A stretch of 63,728 bases of DNA, filler included, from Klebsormidium nitens (Eukaryota > Plantae > Klebsormidiophyceae): NCBI GenBank assembly GCA_000708835.1. It is 4 parts of 4 records of this genome, joined end to end, with 100 filler letters (N's around TTAATTAATTAA, not from the genome) between each part and the next. Parts side by side here need not be neighbours in the genome. Positions count along the whole stretch, not along the records: positions 1 to 21,409 come from DF237931.1; positions 21,510 to 26,279 come from DF238475.1; 2 more parts are not named here. One strand, written 5' to 3'. A program made the position numbers and the translations under genes. Of the stretch, positions 9,951-22,010 are shown piece by piece. The notes below the pieces were generated by a model. It had not been told where the DNA came from and did not search any database. It saw nothing but the letters and a program-made list of their open reading frames with translations. Within the stretch, counting starts at the first letter, position 1, and every line of letters starts with the position of its first letter.

Positions 9951-11879
9951 TCGTGCGTGACGCCTGGCGCACAAGTTACGATGCGCAGCGCTGTTGGTCT
10001 ATCAATCGTAAATTGCGCGCTAGTATATGTTCTGACACATTTTTGGATCCACAACTTTTCCCGAGATCTCTTTTTAAACCCCAAGTGCCCTCGCGAGCAT
10101 GGGAGGCTAGCTCACTTAGTCTAGGATGCCACTCGGACCTTCCAGACTTTTATGTGTGAGCCTGAGGTATGTGAACAAGTCCTAGCGCGCAGTTTACGCT
10201 AGACAGGTGAGAAAAACTGCACATCGTAATGTGTCACTTGACAACTAAAAGCCGTCCCCCTTGGATGTTTTGCAGCGAGCCACGAGCACGCGAAGCAGGT
10301 GCTTCAACTCCTCCAAGCCCAGCCTCTCCTGTCGGAGTTGCCTGTAACACTGGGGACGGTCCTCGGGCGGGAGAAGGGGTTGAACCCCGCCTCGTTTGAC
10401 CCGGTCGAGTATCTCTGAGCAAAGTTCGCTCCTCGGGTGAGCGAATATAACATTGTCATGATGCGACGATGAATTCGAGTGGTTTTGGAGCATATCAAGG
10501 AACAGATGAATCATNNNNNNNNNNNNNNNNNNNNNNNNNNNNNNNNNNNNNNNNNNNNNNNNNNNNNNNNNNNNNNNNNNNNNNNNNNNNNNNNNNNNNN
10601 NNNNNNNNNNNNNNNNNNNNNNNNNNNNNNNNNNNNNNNNNNNNNNNNNNNNNNNNNNNNNNNNNNNNNNNNNNNNNNNNNNNNNNNNNNNNNNNNNNNN
10701 NNNNNNNNNNNNNNNNNNNNNNNNNNNNNNNNNNNNNNNNNNNNNNNNNNNNNNNNNNNNNNNNNNNNNNNNNNNNNNNNNNNNNNNNNNNNNNNNNNNN
10801 NNNNNNNNNNNNNNNNNNNNNNNNNNNNNNNNNNNNNNNNNNNNNNNNNNNNNNNNNNNNNNNNNNNNNNNNNNNNNNNNNNNNNNNNNNNNNNNNNNNN
10901 NNNNNNNNNNNNNNNNNNNNNNNNNNNNNNNNNNNNNNNNNNNNNNNNNNNNNNNNNNNNNNNNNNNNNNNNNNNNNNNNNNNNNNNNNNNNNNNNNNNN
11001 AGAGAGAAAGAGAGAGGGAGAGACACTCGACGTAGACGGAGGAAGAGAGAGACTACACTAAGTTGGACCTTGATCATTAAAGTTGTCTGCTGCAGCTTCA
11101 GTTTGTCCCTAGCGACTGGAGTCATGTTTTTCTTGTATAACCGCGTGAGCGCATCATCGCAGTGAGCCTTCGCATGACAGTTTGACGCAGCGAGTAATCA
11201 CGTTTCGCATTCCTTTTCTTCTCGAAAGGACTAGCGCACACTTTACGCCTAATAGGGCGATCGGACTGTGCATCGTGACGTGTGCGCCTGGCTTGCAGAA
11301 TGGCACATGGCAGTACTAGCGCGCAGTTTACGCCTGACAGGGCGATAGGGATGCGCATCGTGTTGTGTGCGCCCGGCGTGCAAACCGGCACTCGTTGGTA
11401 CGGTGGCGGCACGGTGTGCAGCACGAGCCCGGCACTGATGTTACGGTGACGGCACTGTACGCGGCGTGGGCCCCAGCCGTCACGGCAGCCGGCCATGTTG
11501 GCACGGCCATCAGCTGCCGCGCAGCAGCATTGACGGCTCAACCTTACGGCACAAACGTGATGGCGCCCGGCAGCCATAGGCACCGCTGGCATCATGCGGC
11601 AGGCGGTGCGGCAAACACAACGCCGAACGGCAGGGGATCGGCAGGGGGTCGGCAGTTAACGGCATGAGTGCGGCACTGGAGATGCCTGGTCGGCATGGGT
11701 GCGGCACCTGGTCGGTTCATAGGAAATTTTGCGATGCTCTTCGACATTGCCTGGTTCCGCACAACATCATTACACCTTCGTGATCGATCATAGAAGATTT
11801 TGTTTGCACATCCTTTTTATTACTGTGTTCGGATCCTCAGACTCGTAACCCTCCCATCATTGGATATTGTTTCCAACAG

Positions 11880-13004
11880 GTCCTTACCTGTAATTGCAGC
11901 TTTACTCCCATCTCAACCTGTACCAGAATGGTCCACCTTGTGGATCCTGTAATTGCAGCTTTACTCCCATCTCAACCTGTACCAGAATGGTCCACCTTGT
12001 GGATCCCCTCATTCTTTTTGAGGAAAAGGTGAGCTCCATTCTGATACGCGAGGATCTGATGTTGGAATTGTGCATTTTGATATGGGAAGAGTCAATGTTG
12101 AATCTGTGTGAGAACCGTTGAAATATGGTTGTTGTTTGAATATGACTCTGTTAGAGTTGGGCCTCCACATTCATGATCGAGGTCTCCAAGGTTGAAGGCC
12201 TCCAGGTTTGATGCAGGTTGTGGCACATGCCTTGATCTTGAAATCAATCTGAGTAGATGATTCAATTTTATTACTTGCAGATAGTTAGTTGCAGAACGGG
12301 TAGTAGCAACACAAACGCATTGCAGTATGCTGATATCTTCCAATTGGGTTTAGGAACATTGTCTGTGCAGGACGTGACAGACGCTGACCTCAAACCCATT
12401 CTTGCGGCTTTGGCGGAGGTGGATGATACTGCTGTACGGAGTATAGATGAGCAAGTACAGAAACGCAAATTGGTAAGAATTTTCATTCACCATTTTCTTA
12501 AGCAAGTCTCTTATACTATTGCTGACATGCCAGTTGTGGTTGTTCCGAGAGTGGTTGTTGTGAGAGGTTCATTGAAAATCGGTTGCCCTTGATTCAGAGT
12601 CCCTCAAAGCAGGTGTGAACTGCTTTGCCTACTTCTTGAACTTCACATGACATAAACTTGATTAGTTGGATAACCATTTTTGTTTTTTCCCCTTTTTACA
12701 GGCGGAAAAAAGTGCAGAGTTCGAGCTCACACACCCTACTGGCCCCTTCACCCATGCTCACGTCGTCAACACCCAACCCTATGCCATAATTGTGGTGGCA
12801 ATAAGGGAGAAGGAAATGCGGCGCCTGCAACAAATCAACATGACGGGGGGTGGAGGTCCGACATCACTTACAGTCGGACTTGGCTTGCAGTGGGCTTTCC
12901 AGTCGGGTAGAGTCGTCCAGTTTTGGACGTTCCCGTACCAGCCACTTCAACTGCCTGACAACTCGGCATATGTAGTGGCTTCACCCATTTCATCAAACGG
13001 GTGA
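11880..13004 (+). pseudogene. Spliced gene of unknown function; one exon carries a 59-bp tandem duplication (11887-12004)
   Basis: Open AG/GT-bounded exons at ~12283-12472 (IVSCRTG...QKRKL) and 12702-13004 (AEKSAEF...SSNG*). The 59-bp duplication is not a multiple of 3. Confidence 0.4.
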
Positions 13005-14025
13005 AATGTTGGTAGCTCAAGTGGTGAGGCATGGGCGTACATTAATCGTGGATAACGCAGACATGCCCATGCCAGATCTCCGCAACATGGTCATGAATTT
13101 TGCCAACTAGGTAGCTGAAAAGGCAAAGTGTATCTTGTAAAAATAGATATGGTGTTTGAAAGACTGAAACAGCTGAAAATTAGTAGAAGTAAGAGGCTTC
13201 TGTACATTAACTGTGAATATGACATAGGTAGTTAAGTACTGTACATTAAGTGTGAATATGAGATAGGTAGTTAAAAAACGTTAGTGTATTTTGGAATTGT
13301 CGGAAAGTGTTTTGAAAAGTCTGACGATGGAGAGAATATCAAACCGAAAATAATTTTGTACATAGAATTGTATATATGATGAAATAACCTGGGAATGCGA
13401 TACAATAAGTAAACAAACGACATGACGCCAATTGCAAACGATCAAATCAATGCCTAATGGGAGTTTTGGCAAGCATGTGAATTACAAAACAAATGCCCAC
13501 GTGAACTACGTGGCTTTCTCCCAAAATCCTCATGCAAGAGCACGTGCCCTACACATGCCAGACTTACTCTTTGGTGTAGGCAAGTTCTGAAAGGGTGTTG
13601 TTTTGCGGTCAGAAAGACTCGTTCATTTTGGAGAAGAGAATCAGACAACATGGCGGATGATAGAGGGCTTATCGTCGACATGGAAACACCATCAGGAGAG
13701 AGAGGCAGCGCTTGAAGAACGAAATGCAGCGCTTGAAGAACGAAATGCAGCGCTTCGCCGAGTTACAGTGCTTGAAAGGGAGAGGTATGTCGCCATGTTG
13801 ACAAACAGATGTATCATAGAACACCTGTCAGTGGAAACAACCTACTTTCGTTGGATGCCGCTTTAAAGTTTCTAGTCAAGAGAGTCTGACGTCAGCTGCA
13901 TGAATTGGGGACCATGGGGAGCACGTGTTTTTAAAAGTGGTTCCAGGTGCAGTATGAATTGTGGAGCAGCACAGTCTATTCGGGTTTGCACACAAGAGCT
14001 TAGTCCATTGACCTCTCTCCTGCAG

Positions 14026-14433
14026 TTCAGGGAGCTTTCGAGCTTACAGCTTATAATAAAGGCAGAGGAGGTTGCAGATTACGAGCAACAACAGGAATTT
14101 AGGTGGCTCGCAAAGGCAAGATGGGATGTCATTTTGGACTTGCACATAAAGACAGAGAATGATGACGTCCTGGACTGGTTGTTTGGTCTTGGAAGAGTGG
14201 TCATCAACCTTTTTAGCCATCATTGGGAAGATACAGAGGGACAAAGAATATCTGAGGGCAGTCTTGAGTACAGGCCTTCTGATGTAGAGAATGGGCTCGA
14301 GTGTGCTGAAGTGCACCTAGACTCGAAGCAGAAGTGGACAGAGTCGTTTGCTAGGGCTGTTGAGGAAACTGAGTGGCTCGACAGTTTGAAAATAGTATGG
14401 GTTGACAAGCCAGATGAACAAACGGGCGAATAG
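14026..14433 (+). CDS. Probable terminal exon of an uncharacterised gene
   Basis: Stop-free, protein-like frame after a CTGCAG acceptor. An upstream frame (13603-13866) has a 21-bp AALEERN repeat. No family recognised. Confidence 0.3.
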   Translation, partial: FRELSSLQLIIKAEEVADYEQQQEFRWLAKARWDVILDLHIKTENDDVLDWLFGLGRVVINLFSHHWEDTEGQRISEGSLEYRPSDVENGLECAEVHLDSKQKWTESFARAVEETEWLDSLKIVWVDKPDEQTGE

Positions 14434-16609
14434 ACTCCCAAAAGGACACATTGTTATCTAGCTTACACAAGTCCTTTGCAGGTTCATGGTTTGCTTTTAT
14501 TTCACACACAAACACGGATAACAAGCCTTTTTCAAAAGCTTTGGTAAGAATGAGAATGTCATGTAAGGCCTCCTAGAGAGAGGCTTTGAAATACTCATGC
14601 GCTCCGTGTTGCGTGGTGTACAATAAATTCAATATTCACAGGAAAGTACATGAGATTGTTGCAGTTCATTACTAACATATAATGGATGGTATGGCTGATT
14701 ACCTTCAAAAGCTTTGGTTCTGATTGTCGAGTTAGTTTGCCTAGAGAAGAGCTTCAAAGGGGACTCAGTGTGAGCCGTCTACTACAAGCTACATACCTTA
14801 CTACTGCTATTCAGAACTCTAGGGCTTACAGGATGGGCTCAACGTTCCATTCCGGGATGATCCAGTGCTTCCCCTCTGCTGCAGCTCTTCCTTCTAGCAA
14901 AGGCTCCAAGGTTTGGAGGAAGAGGTGCTGGTCTAGTGCATTACAGGGGCTCAAGATTTTCCGTTTGGAGGCTGGAGAACGCTGCCCGTTTGCAGATCAT
15001 AGAGAGTGACGCAATGTGGCGACTTGTATGGTTCCCCTTTGGCAGCCCCTTTCGACCAGAACTCTACACCAGTGGAGGAAGAGCAGCGGCCAAACTGAGC
15101 AGCAGTAGAATCCATGAATGCTATCTGACTAGCTCCAGCTGCAGTCCTGAGCTCAAGACGCGCCCGCTGGTGACCGTACGCCCTCCTCCCCTGCTTGTCA
15201 CGACCAATGGCCTCTGCCACCAATGTCAACGTGGCCCCAATCCCTCTTTCTCCAGCTCATAGGCGAGAGCGTTGCGGATAGGACCCATGTACACCCCGCT
15301 TATGACCTGAAGACTCTCTACGGAGCACAGTCCCAGCGAAGCTGACTTGACGTAGAAAGGTTTCTTGACCTATCCTTGATCTCTGGGTGAATGCGCAGAG
15401 GGCTAGAGGGAGGCATCAAGTGGACGCAGAGGGGGTTGACTGAAGACATCACCTCTGCCAGCTGAGCTTGCCTGCTGTTTGTGGCGCCCTTGCCAAAATA
15501 CTTTGCTTTCCCCTCTGTCAGCGGCTTCACGTCCATCTCGTACCGCAGGTTCGACTTGCGCACCCAAGGACAGGGTGATCTGCCGCACTCTCTGCTGGAC
15601 GGCATGAGCTAGACTGATAATGTCGTTTCTTTCCCTTGGCACATAGTCTGAGGTCCACACGTCCTGCAGCACGTCCCTGGCAGCAGCGAGCTTGCGCTTC
15701 TGGGAAACCCTTAGCGCCATTGCTCCCTCCTGCCTCTAACAGCCGCACCTGAGTGCCTTTCTCTCCTAACAGCTCTATCTCTCCTAAGCTCTAGCCTCTG
15801 AGCCTCACTTTGAATGAGAAATTGACCAGTGTTTAGAGAGTTGGGATTTGGATTTGGACGGGAGTGATGTTCACCTGTCCAAACAAGTCGGGCGCATGTC
15901 CAGGCAGCCTGTTACTATGACGGGAATGAGCCGAGGCGTGCCCGATCTATACGGGCACGTGCAGATTTGTGACGTACAGGGTGTCGTGACCAAAAACGTT
16001 GCCGTAATCCGCTTGAAAGGCCATGGTAATGCTACCGTTACCGATGGGAAGCAATTTTGGGTCTAACAGCCTTGCACGTGTTTTGCCAGCACATGCCGAG
16101 CGAATGGGCCGAAGCTTACTTTTAAAGCTATGGTAATGGTAGGGTGGACTGTCCTTTTGTCCGCAAACGTTGGGTGTGTGTCCAGGCAAGCCTGGCACTT
16201 CGACGGGAGTAGGCTGAGGTGTGCCCGACATTCGCGGACATTGCACTTGGGGTGACATGAACGAAACGAGGCCCTTATTTTCCCGCAATGTGTCAGAGGC
16301 AAGGCCATGGTCTGAAAAGTTGGGCCGCAATAAGCTATCCACGTGTTTATGAGCTGTAAGCTTACCGGGAAAGGAGTGCCCTCTCTAAGTCCGAGAGGTG
16401 CTATATCAAGTTAAGAGACTTGTCTCCATTCCGAAATCGAATCTCTAAGTCTACCTCCGGGGCCCTTGTAGTTGACCGGGGACAGCCAAGAGCTTAGAGG
16501 TTAGAATCTTTAACCGGGCACTAAACCTCAAAGGCCCCATACCCCCCGACCGGAGTAGGGTCTCCCCGTTTGGCTGTGCCCCCTGGAGTTCAGCTTACCC
16601 ATGCCAGTA

Positions 16610-17400
16610 GAATGAGAGGCTTTGGTGGACATGTGCAGACTGTATGAAGACCCAAGATATTTCCTTGGAATGAACAAGACATGGACGCAGTTTCATAAGC
16701 ATCGCCTGGACAAAGCCCTAAAAGGGCGCGAATAGATCATGGATGGCCTGCACTCCTTGATCAACGATCCACATGCTGCAAACTGAACATCTGGACACAA
16801 CATGCATGTTTGGACGTCACATTCTCTGTGAAATATGTCAGGTGCGGATGGGTGACTGTAAGGAGGTACCGGGTGATACACGTGGTAGCTCACGGTTGAT
16901 AGGACTTGTCGGGGGTTCAAACAGCAAATTTCAACATCGACCGGCTGCCTGATGATGAGGAACTGCGGCGCATGGCTGCCCACTCACCACACGGAATATT
17001 GTGGTCAATTGTACATCGAATATGCCCGCCGGCCGAGCCTCTCGAAGTAGTGCGGCTCGCTTTTGATGATAAAAGGCTCTTTGACTTGTATGTCTACAAG
17101 CCGCTAGAAAGAAAGCCCGCAAACATACGCAAAGGCACTGCGAATGTACTGCGTGATTACACTGAATTTCTGGATGCCAACTGGTGTCCTGTTGAGCGGC
17201 AAAACAAAGAGGTCTCTGACTATGGGTATATGCTTAGCGATATACGGAAGGACGGTACCGTCCTAAAGGTGATTCACCGACAAGCAATTAAGGAATGGAT
17301 ATCAAAGCCCCCAGTTACGGCGCGCAATCTACTCACAAACCGTCTGCTTGATTTTGCAAACATGCGAACCTTGCGTGCTCATAAACAAATGTCACTGTGA
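16610..17400 (+). pseudogene. Decayed ORF of unknown function
   Basis: 16906-17400 is open (164 aa). The upstream coding-like frame is broken by several TGA/TAG stops. Confidence 0.3.
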
Positions 17401-17483
17401 GTCTGCCAACAATTGTGCCCCGACCTTACCTATTCCAGTGTCGTAGGCTTAGCGCACAACCCCATTTGATATCGGCTCCTTCA

Positions 17484-20447
17484 TCACCTAGGGGTGACGA
17501 ACCTTGAGGCCACTTGCACCGTGCTCTCACGCACTGACCGCTCCGCAGTTGAGGAGCCCAGGCTGCCCAAGTACCCAGACGACCCCTCCGAATCCCATAT
17601 CTCTTCCTGTCTAAAGCTCGCGTCCACGACTGAGGCTCGAGCAAGGAGCGAGCCAACATCTTCCATGGTGGGCCTTGCGGACGGGTCCGTCCGCAGGCAT
17701 GCCAGTGCGACGTGGATATAGTTCCGCGCTTCCTCCGCCTCGGAATTTCTCCCAAGAACCGGGTCCACAAGCTCCAATTCTCTCCCCTCGGTAACCAGAT
17801 TCATGGCGACTTTCAGGAGCCGCTCTATGACTCCGCTCTCAAGCTGACGCACTGCGGGGCGCTCGCTGATGAGCTCCAGCAACAACATTCCAAAGCTGTA
17901 GACGTCGCACTTCGGGGACAGGAAGCGGGCACCCCCGTGCAGGTACTCGGGGGCCATGTATGGAACCGTGCCCTTGACCATGGTCGACGTCTTCCCCCCC
18001 GTGTCTTGCACCAGATGCGCGAGGCCAAAGTCGGCAATGCAGGCATTGATAGGGTCGGCTTCAGTCAGAAGGATGTTGGCGGCCTTGATGTCCCGGTGCA
18101 CCATGGGTGGGCGAATATGGTTGTGCAGATAGATAAACCCCTGGCAAACCCCCCTGGCTATGTTCATCCGATCCCCCCAGATCAGCACAACCTCCCCTGC
18201 ACCAGGATGGTGAAGCTGCCTGTCCAGGCTCCCACGGGGGAAAAAGTCGAAGATCAGCAACCGCTCCCCTCTTTCCACGCGAACCCCGAGGAGGGGCACC
18301 AGGTTCACGTGCCAGACCTTATCCAGAGCCTCGACTTCCGCTTTCCACGACTGCTCCTCGACGTCTCTGCGCCCTGGCCTCGTCTCTAGCCGCTTGATTG
18401 CGACAAAGGACCCGTCTTGGAGGACGCCCTTGTAGACCGTGCCGAACGAACCCCTCCCGATNNNNNNNNNNNNNNNNNNNNNNNNNNNNNNNNNNNNNNN
18501 NNNNNNNNNNNNNNNNNNNNNNNNNNNNNNNNNNNNNNNNNNNNNNNNNNNNNNNNNNNNNNNNNNNNNNNNNNNNNNNNNNNNNNNNNNNNNNNNNNNN
18601 NNNNNNNNNNNNNNNNNNNNNNNNNNNNNNNNNNNNNNNNNNNNNNNNNNNNNNNNNNNNNNNNNNNNNNNNNNNNNNNNNNNNNNNNNNNNNNNNNNNN
18701 NNNNNNNNNNNNNNNNNNNNNNNNNNNNNNNNNNNNNNNNNNNNNNNNNNNNNNNNNNNNNNNNNNNNNNNNNNNNNNNNNNNNNNNNNNNNNNNNNNNN
18801 NNNNNNNNNNNNNNNNNNNNNNNNNNNNNNNNNNNNNNNNNNNNNNNNNNNNNNNNNNNNNNNNNNNNNNNNNNNNNNNNNNNNNNNNNNNNNNNNNNNN
18901 NNNNNNNNNNNNNNNNNNNNNNNNNNNNNNNNNNNNNNNNNNNNNNNNNNNNNNNNNNNNNNNNNNNNNNNNNNNNNNNNNNNNNNNNNNNNNNNNNNNN
19001 NNNNNNNNNNNNNNNNNNNNNNNNNNNNNNNNNNNNNNNNNNNNNNNNNNNNNNNNNNNNNNNNNNNNNNNNNNNNNNNNNNNNNNNNNNNNNNNNNNNN
19101 NNNNNNNNNNNNNNNNNNNNNNNNNNNNNNNNNNNNNNNNNNNNNNNNNNNNNNNNNNNNNNNNNNNNNNNNNNNNNNNNNNNNNNNNNNNNNNNNNNNN
19201 NNNNNNNNNNNNNNNNNNNNNNNNNNNNNNNNNACACTGGTTGCGTCAAAGTGCCTGGTGGCTTTTTGCAGCTCCTTGAGGGTGAAGCGCTCCTGAAGAG
19301 ACGTAGGGGCTGGAGGTGCAGGGACGATTGCCCCGTGAAGCTCGTTCTTTGGGTCACCTTCCTCGAGACTTGGGACAGCAGCGGGAAACCCCTTCCGCCC
19401 CTTCCGACAATAGAGGCAGAAGCCTATCGTTGCAGCGGCCACAAGAAGAGCGGCGCCAGCAAGCACTCCGCCGACGATGGGTCCTACTGAAGTGGATGAG
19501 GAAGGGGGCGCTTGATTAGGTCCCAGAGTTGGTGTCGGCTGAGGGGTTAAGGAGGGGGGTAGAGAAGGCAGGACTGGGGCCACGAAAGGAGGTGCATTTG
19601 GTGGAGGGAAGGCGAACACTGGCGGAAGTGGTTGCAATGAGGGGGTTAGAGAAGGCAGAGCTGGGGGTGGAGGGAAGGCAAACACTGGCAGAAGCGGTTG
19701 CAATAAGGGAGGTGGCGATGAAGGGGCTGGGGGTGGAAAGTCAGCACACAGGCCTGTAATGGAGCATGTGAGGCAGCACAGTCCAGAATTTCCTGGGAAG
19801 AAGGAAATTCCACGAAACCGGGAAAGAGTTGGAGGTATGGGTCCCGACAGGCTGTTGTTGTTGAGCCAAAGGATTTTAAGGTTGGTGACGCTGCCGAGCT
19901 GCGGGGGGATGGGGCCCGAGAGGCTGTTGTGGGAGAGGTCCAAAGACGTGAGGTTGGTCAGGCTGTCGAGCCCCGAAGGAACGGAGCCCGAGAGGTTGTT
20001 GCTGGAGAGGTCGAGGTATTGGAGGCCGGCGAGGTTGCCGAGCTACGGGGCGATGGGGCCCGAGAGACTGTTGGAAAATAGGGAGGGAAACTGGACGCTA
20101 GTGAGGTTGCCGAGCTGCGGGGGGATGGGGCCCGAGAGGCTGTTTTTGTAGATGTAAAGGTTTTGGAGGCTGGTGAGGTTGCCGAGCTCCGGTGGGATGG
20201 GGCCAAAGAGGCTGTTGTAGGAGAGGTCCAGGTAGGTGAGATTGGTCAGGCGGCCGAGCTGCGGGGGTATGGGCTCCGAAAGGCCCTTAGAATTCAGGTT
20301 GAGCTTGGTCTGGTTCCAGAGGGGACCATCGACCAGGCTGCCAATATCCTCTATGGTGGCTGGGTGCACTTTGCACGTGGAGCTAAACCACCACAAAGCC
20401 ACCAGAAGCAGCATTCTTGCATCTAGACGAGTTGCAGGCCTGGCCAT
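17484..20447 (-). pseudogene. Intronless LRR receptor-like kinase (RLK/Pelle, RD kinase) with one in-frame TAG at 20043-20045
   Basis: Signal peptide, ~8 plant LRRs (LSGPIPPQLGNLT), Pro-rich stalk, TM (IVGGVLAGAALLVAAATIGFCLYC), and kinase IGRGSFGTVY, VAIK, HRDIKAAN, DFG, YMAPE. The frame continues through the stop. Gap 18462-19233 falls between HFDATS(V) and IGRG. Confidence 0.9.
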
Positions 20448-21453
20448 GATGCACGTGCCACAAATCTATCTGCAAGGCCAATGATCAACGAGTGCAACCA
20501 ACCCAAGATCCGCTTGGTAGGAGCTTTTTGCCACAAAGCACTGCAGAATGACAGCATCCTTGGGGAGAACTCCCTCTCGCGCATCAAAACTGATGGAGGC
20601 AGCGCATTTTTGGGAAGTGACATCCCTGTATCAGTTTTCTGTTTGCATGCCACCGATTGGACTGACTATAGATGGCACGTGAGGATCCAAACTGGGGTGC
20701 ACCTTTGTTGGCTGCTTCTTTTTTTTCTTGTTGACCCAGGTGCAGTACTGGGCAAAGACCGTACAATTTGTGCTCGTGAACGTCTGAGAGCGTCCGGCAG
20801 AGAGTTGCATTCAACTATTGGGCAGTGTTGTCGGGAATTTCGTCGACGCACGCACCCTTTCGTCGATAATGGACTTGTCCAGAGTGTTCGAAGCACGGAT
20901 TTGAGCCCTCTATGCACTCTGGTGCGTACTAATGTCAACGGTATACATTTTTAAGGGTACCGGGCGGTTGTGTTGACGTGGCATTGCCTCTTTCGAAGTG
21001 TTCGGAAGCATAAATCAGATTCGCTGCATGCTCGGGGACATGGTTGGCAGGCTGGATGATACCTTAAGAACACTGTCTTGGGTAGAGTACCCCTCCCGGA
21101 GTTTTCGCTCACGATCGGTGTCATACCGATTCAGGGCATTGGCTTAAGAATTTGGGCAAGTCCCTGTACCCCAGGTTCCTAAGCTTCGACGCCGAATACA
21201 CATACTTAGGGATAGGAGCGCGCCGTCGGTCCCAAGTCCTTAAGTAGTGACCGGTAGGCCTTGTGAGTGACCGGATGAACCCCAGGCTTAAGGACAAGAT
21301 TCGATTTCGAAAATTTTGTCCCTAAGTCCGGATGACCCCCCTTAAGTAGGCCCGTCGACCTCAATGGCAGAGCCTCTCGACCGAGAAGCCCTTCTGGCAA
21401 TGCACCAAANNNNNNNNNNNNNNNNNNNNNNNNNNNNNNNNNNNNNNNNNNNN

Positions 21454-21465
21454 TTAATTAATTAA
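21454..21465. other. Artificial contig-join linker TTAATTAATTAA (also 26324-26335 and 42090-42101)
   Basis: Identical six-frame-stop 12-mer centred in N runs. Confidence 0.95.
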
Positions 21466-22010
21466 NNNNNNNNNNNNNNNNNNNNNNNNNNNNNNNNNNN
21501 NNNNNNNNNCGCAACCTAACTCGCTAGTATTAATTAGAAACGCCATGCGTCGAGGTAGCCTATGAGGATATGGTAGATTTTTGGGCGCTTATATAGCTTC
21601 CTGAGCGTTCCAATTTCCGACACCCTTAATTTTCCAATTAGGGTTCCAAGTTCCAACGTACGGCGTTCCAACGAGGCTGAAGAAGTAGTGACGTAAACAT
21701 CAGCTCCACAAATTGTCACGGTGGGTGGCCGCCGCCGCGTTGCCCTGGCAGGTGGAGGAGATGGTGAAGACTGCTTGAAGAGGCGCATTGACCAGCTTCC
21801 TGCAAACCACCTGGAGCGACTGCAGGCTTGGCAGTGCTGAAGCATTGTTGACACTAAGTCTTTGATAAGCAAGCAGCTGGCGGAGCTTCTGCTGCCCTCC
21901 AACCAGCGCAATAGAGACATTGTACGGTCCTTGACCCGCCTGAATTGGTGCAGGAGGCCCACTCAAGCAGCCAACGGACGTTGCTCGCTTGCATTGATTC
22001 CAGAGCAGTC

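Larger units (their letters stand above)
6766..11723. mobile_element. Putative ~5-kb non-autonomous DNA transposon with TGCCG/CGGCA subterminal arrays
   Basis: Dense TGCCG/CGGCA blocks at 6780-7140 and 11385-11710. 16-bp inverted repeat 6773-6788/11700-11715 (14/16 match). 8-bp direct repeat AAATTTTG at 6758-6765 and 11724-11731. The outermost bases are not inverted. Confidence 0.35.

Noticed and set aside
21040-21409. Possible rRNA fragment
   Set aside because: Structured, but none of the conserved SSU/LSU signature sequences are recognisable on either strand.
21410-21509. TTAATTAATTAA palindrome repeated three times in the window
   Set aside because: Synthetic scaffold linker within N runs. 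It also means gene order across these joins is unverified.
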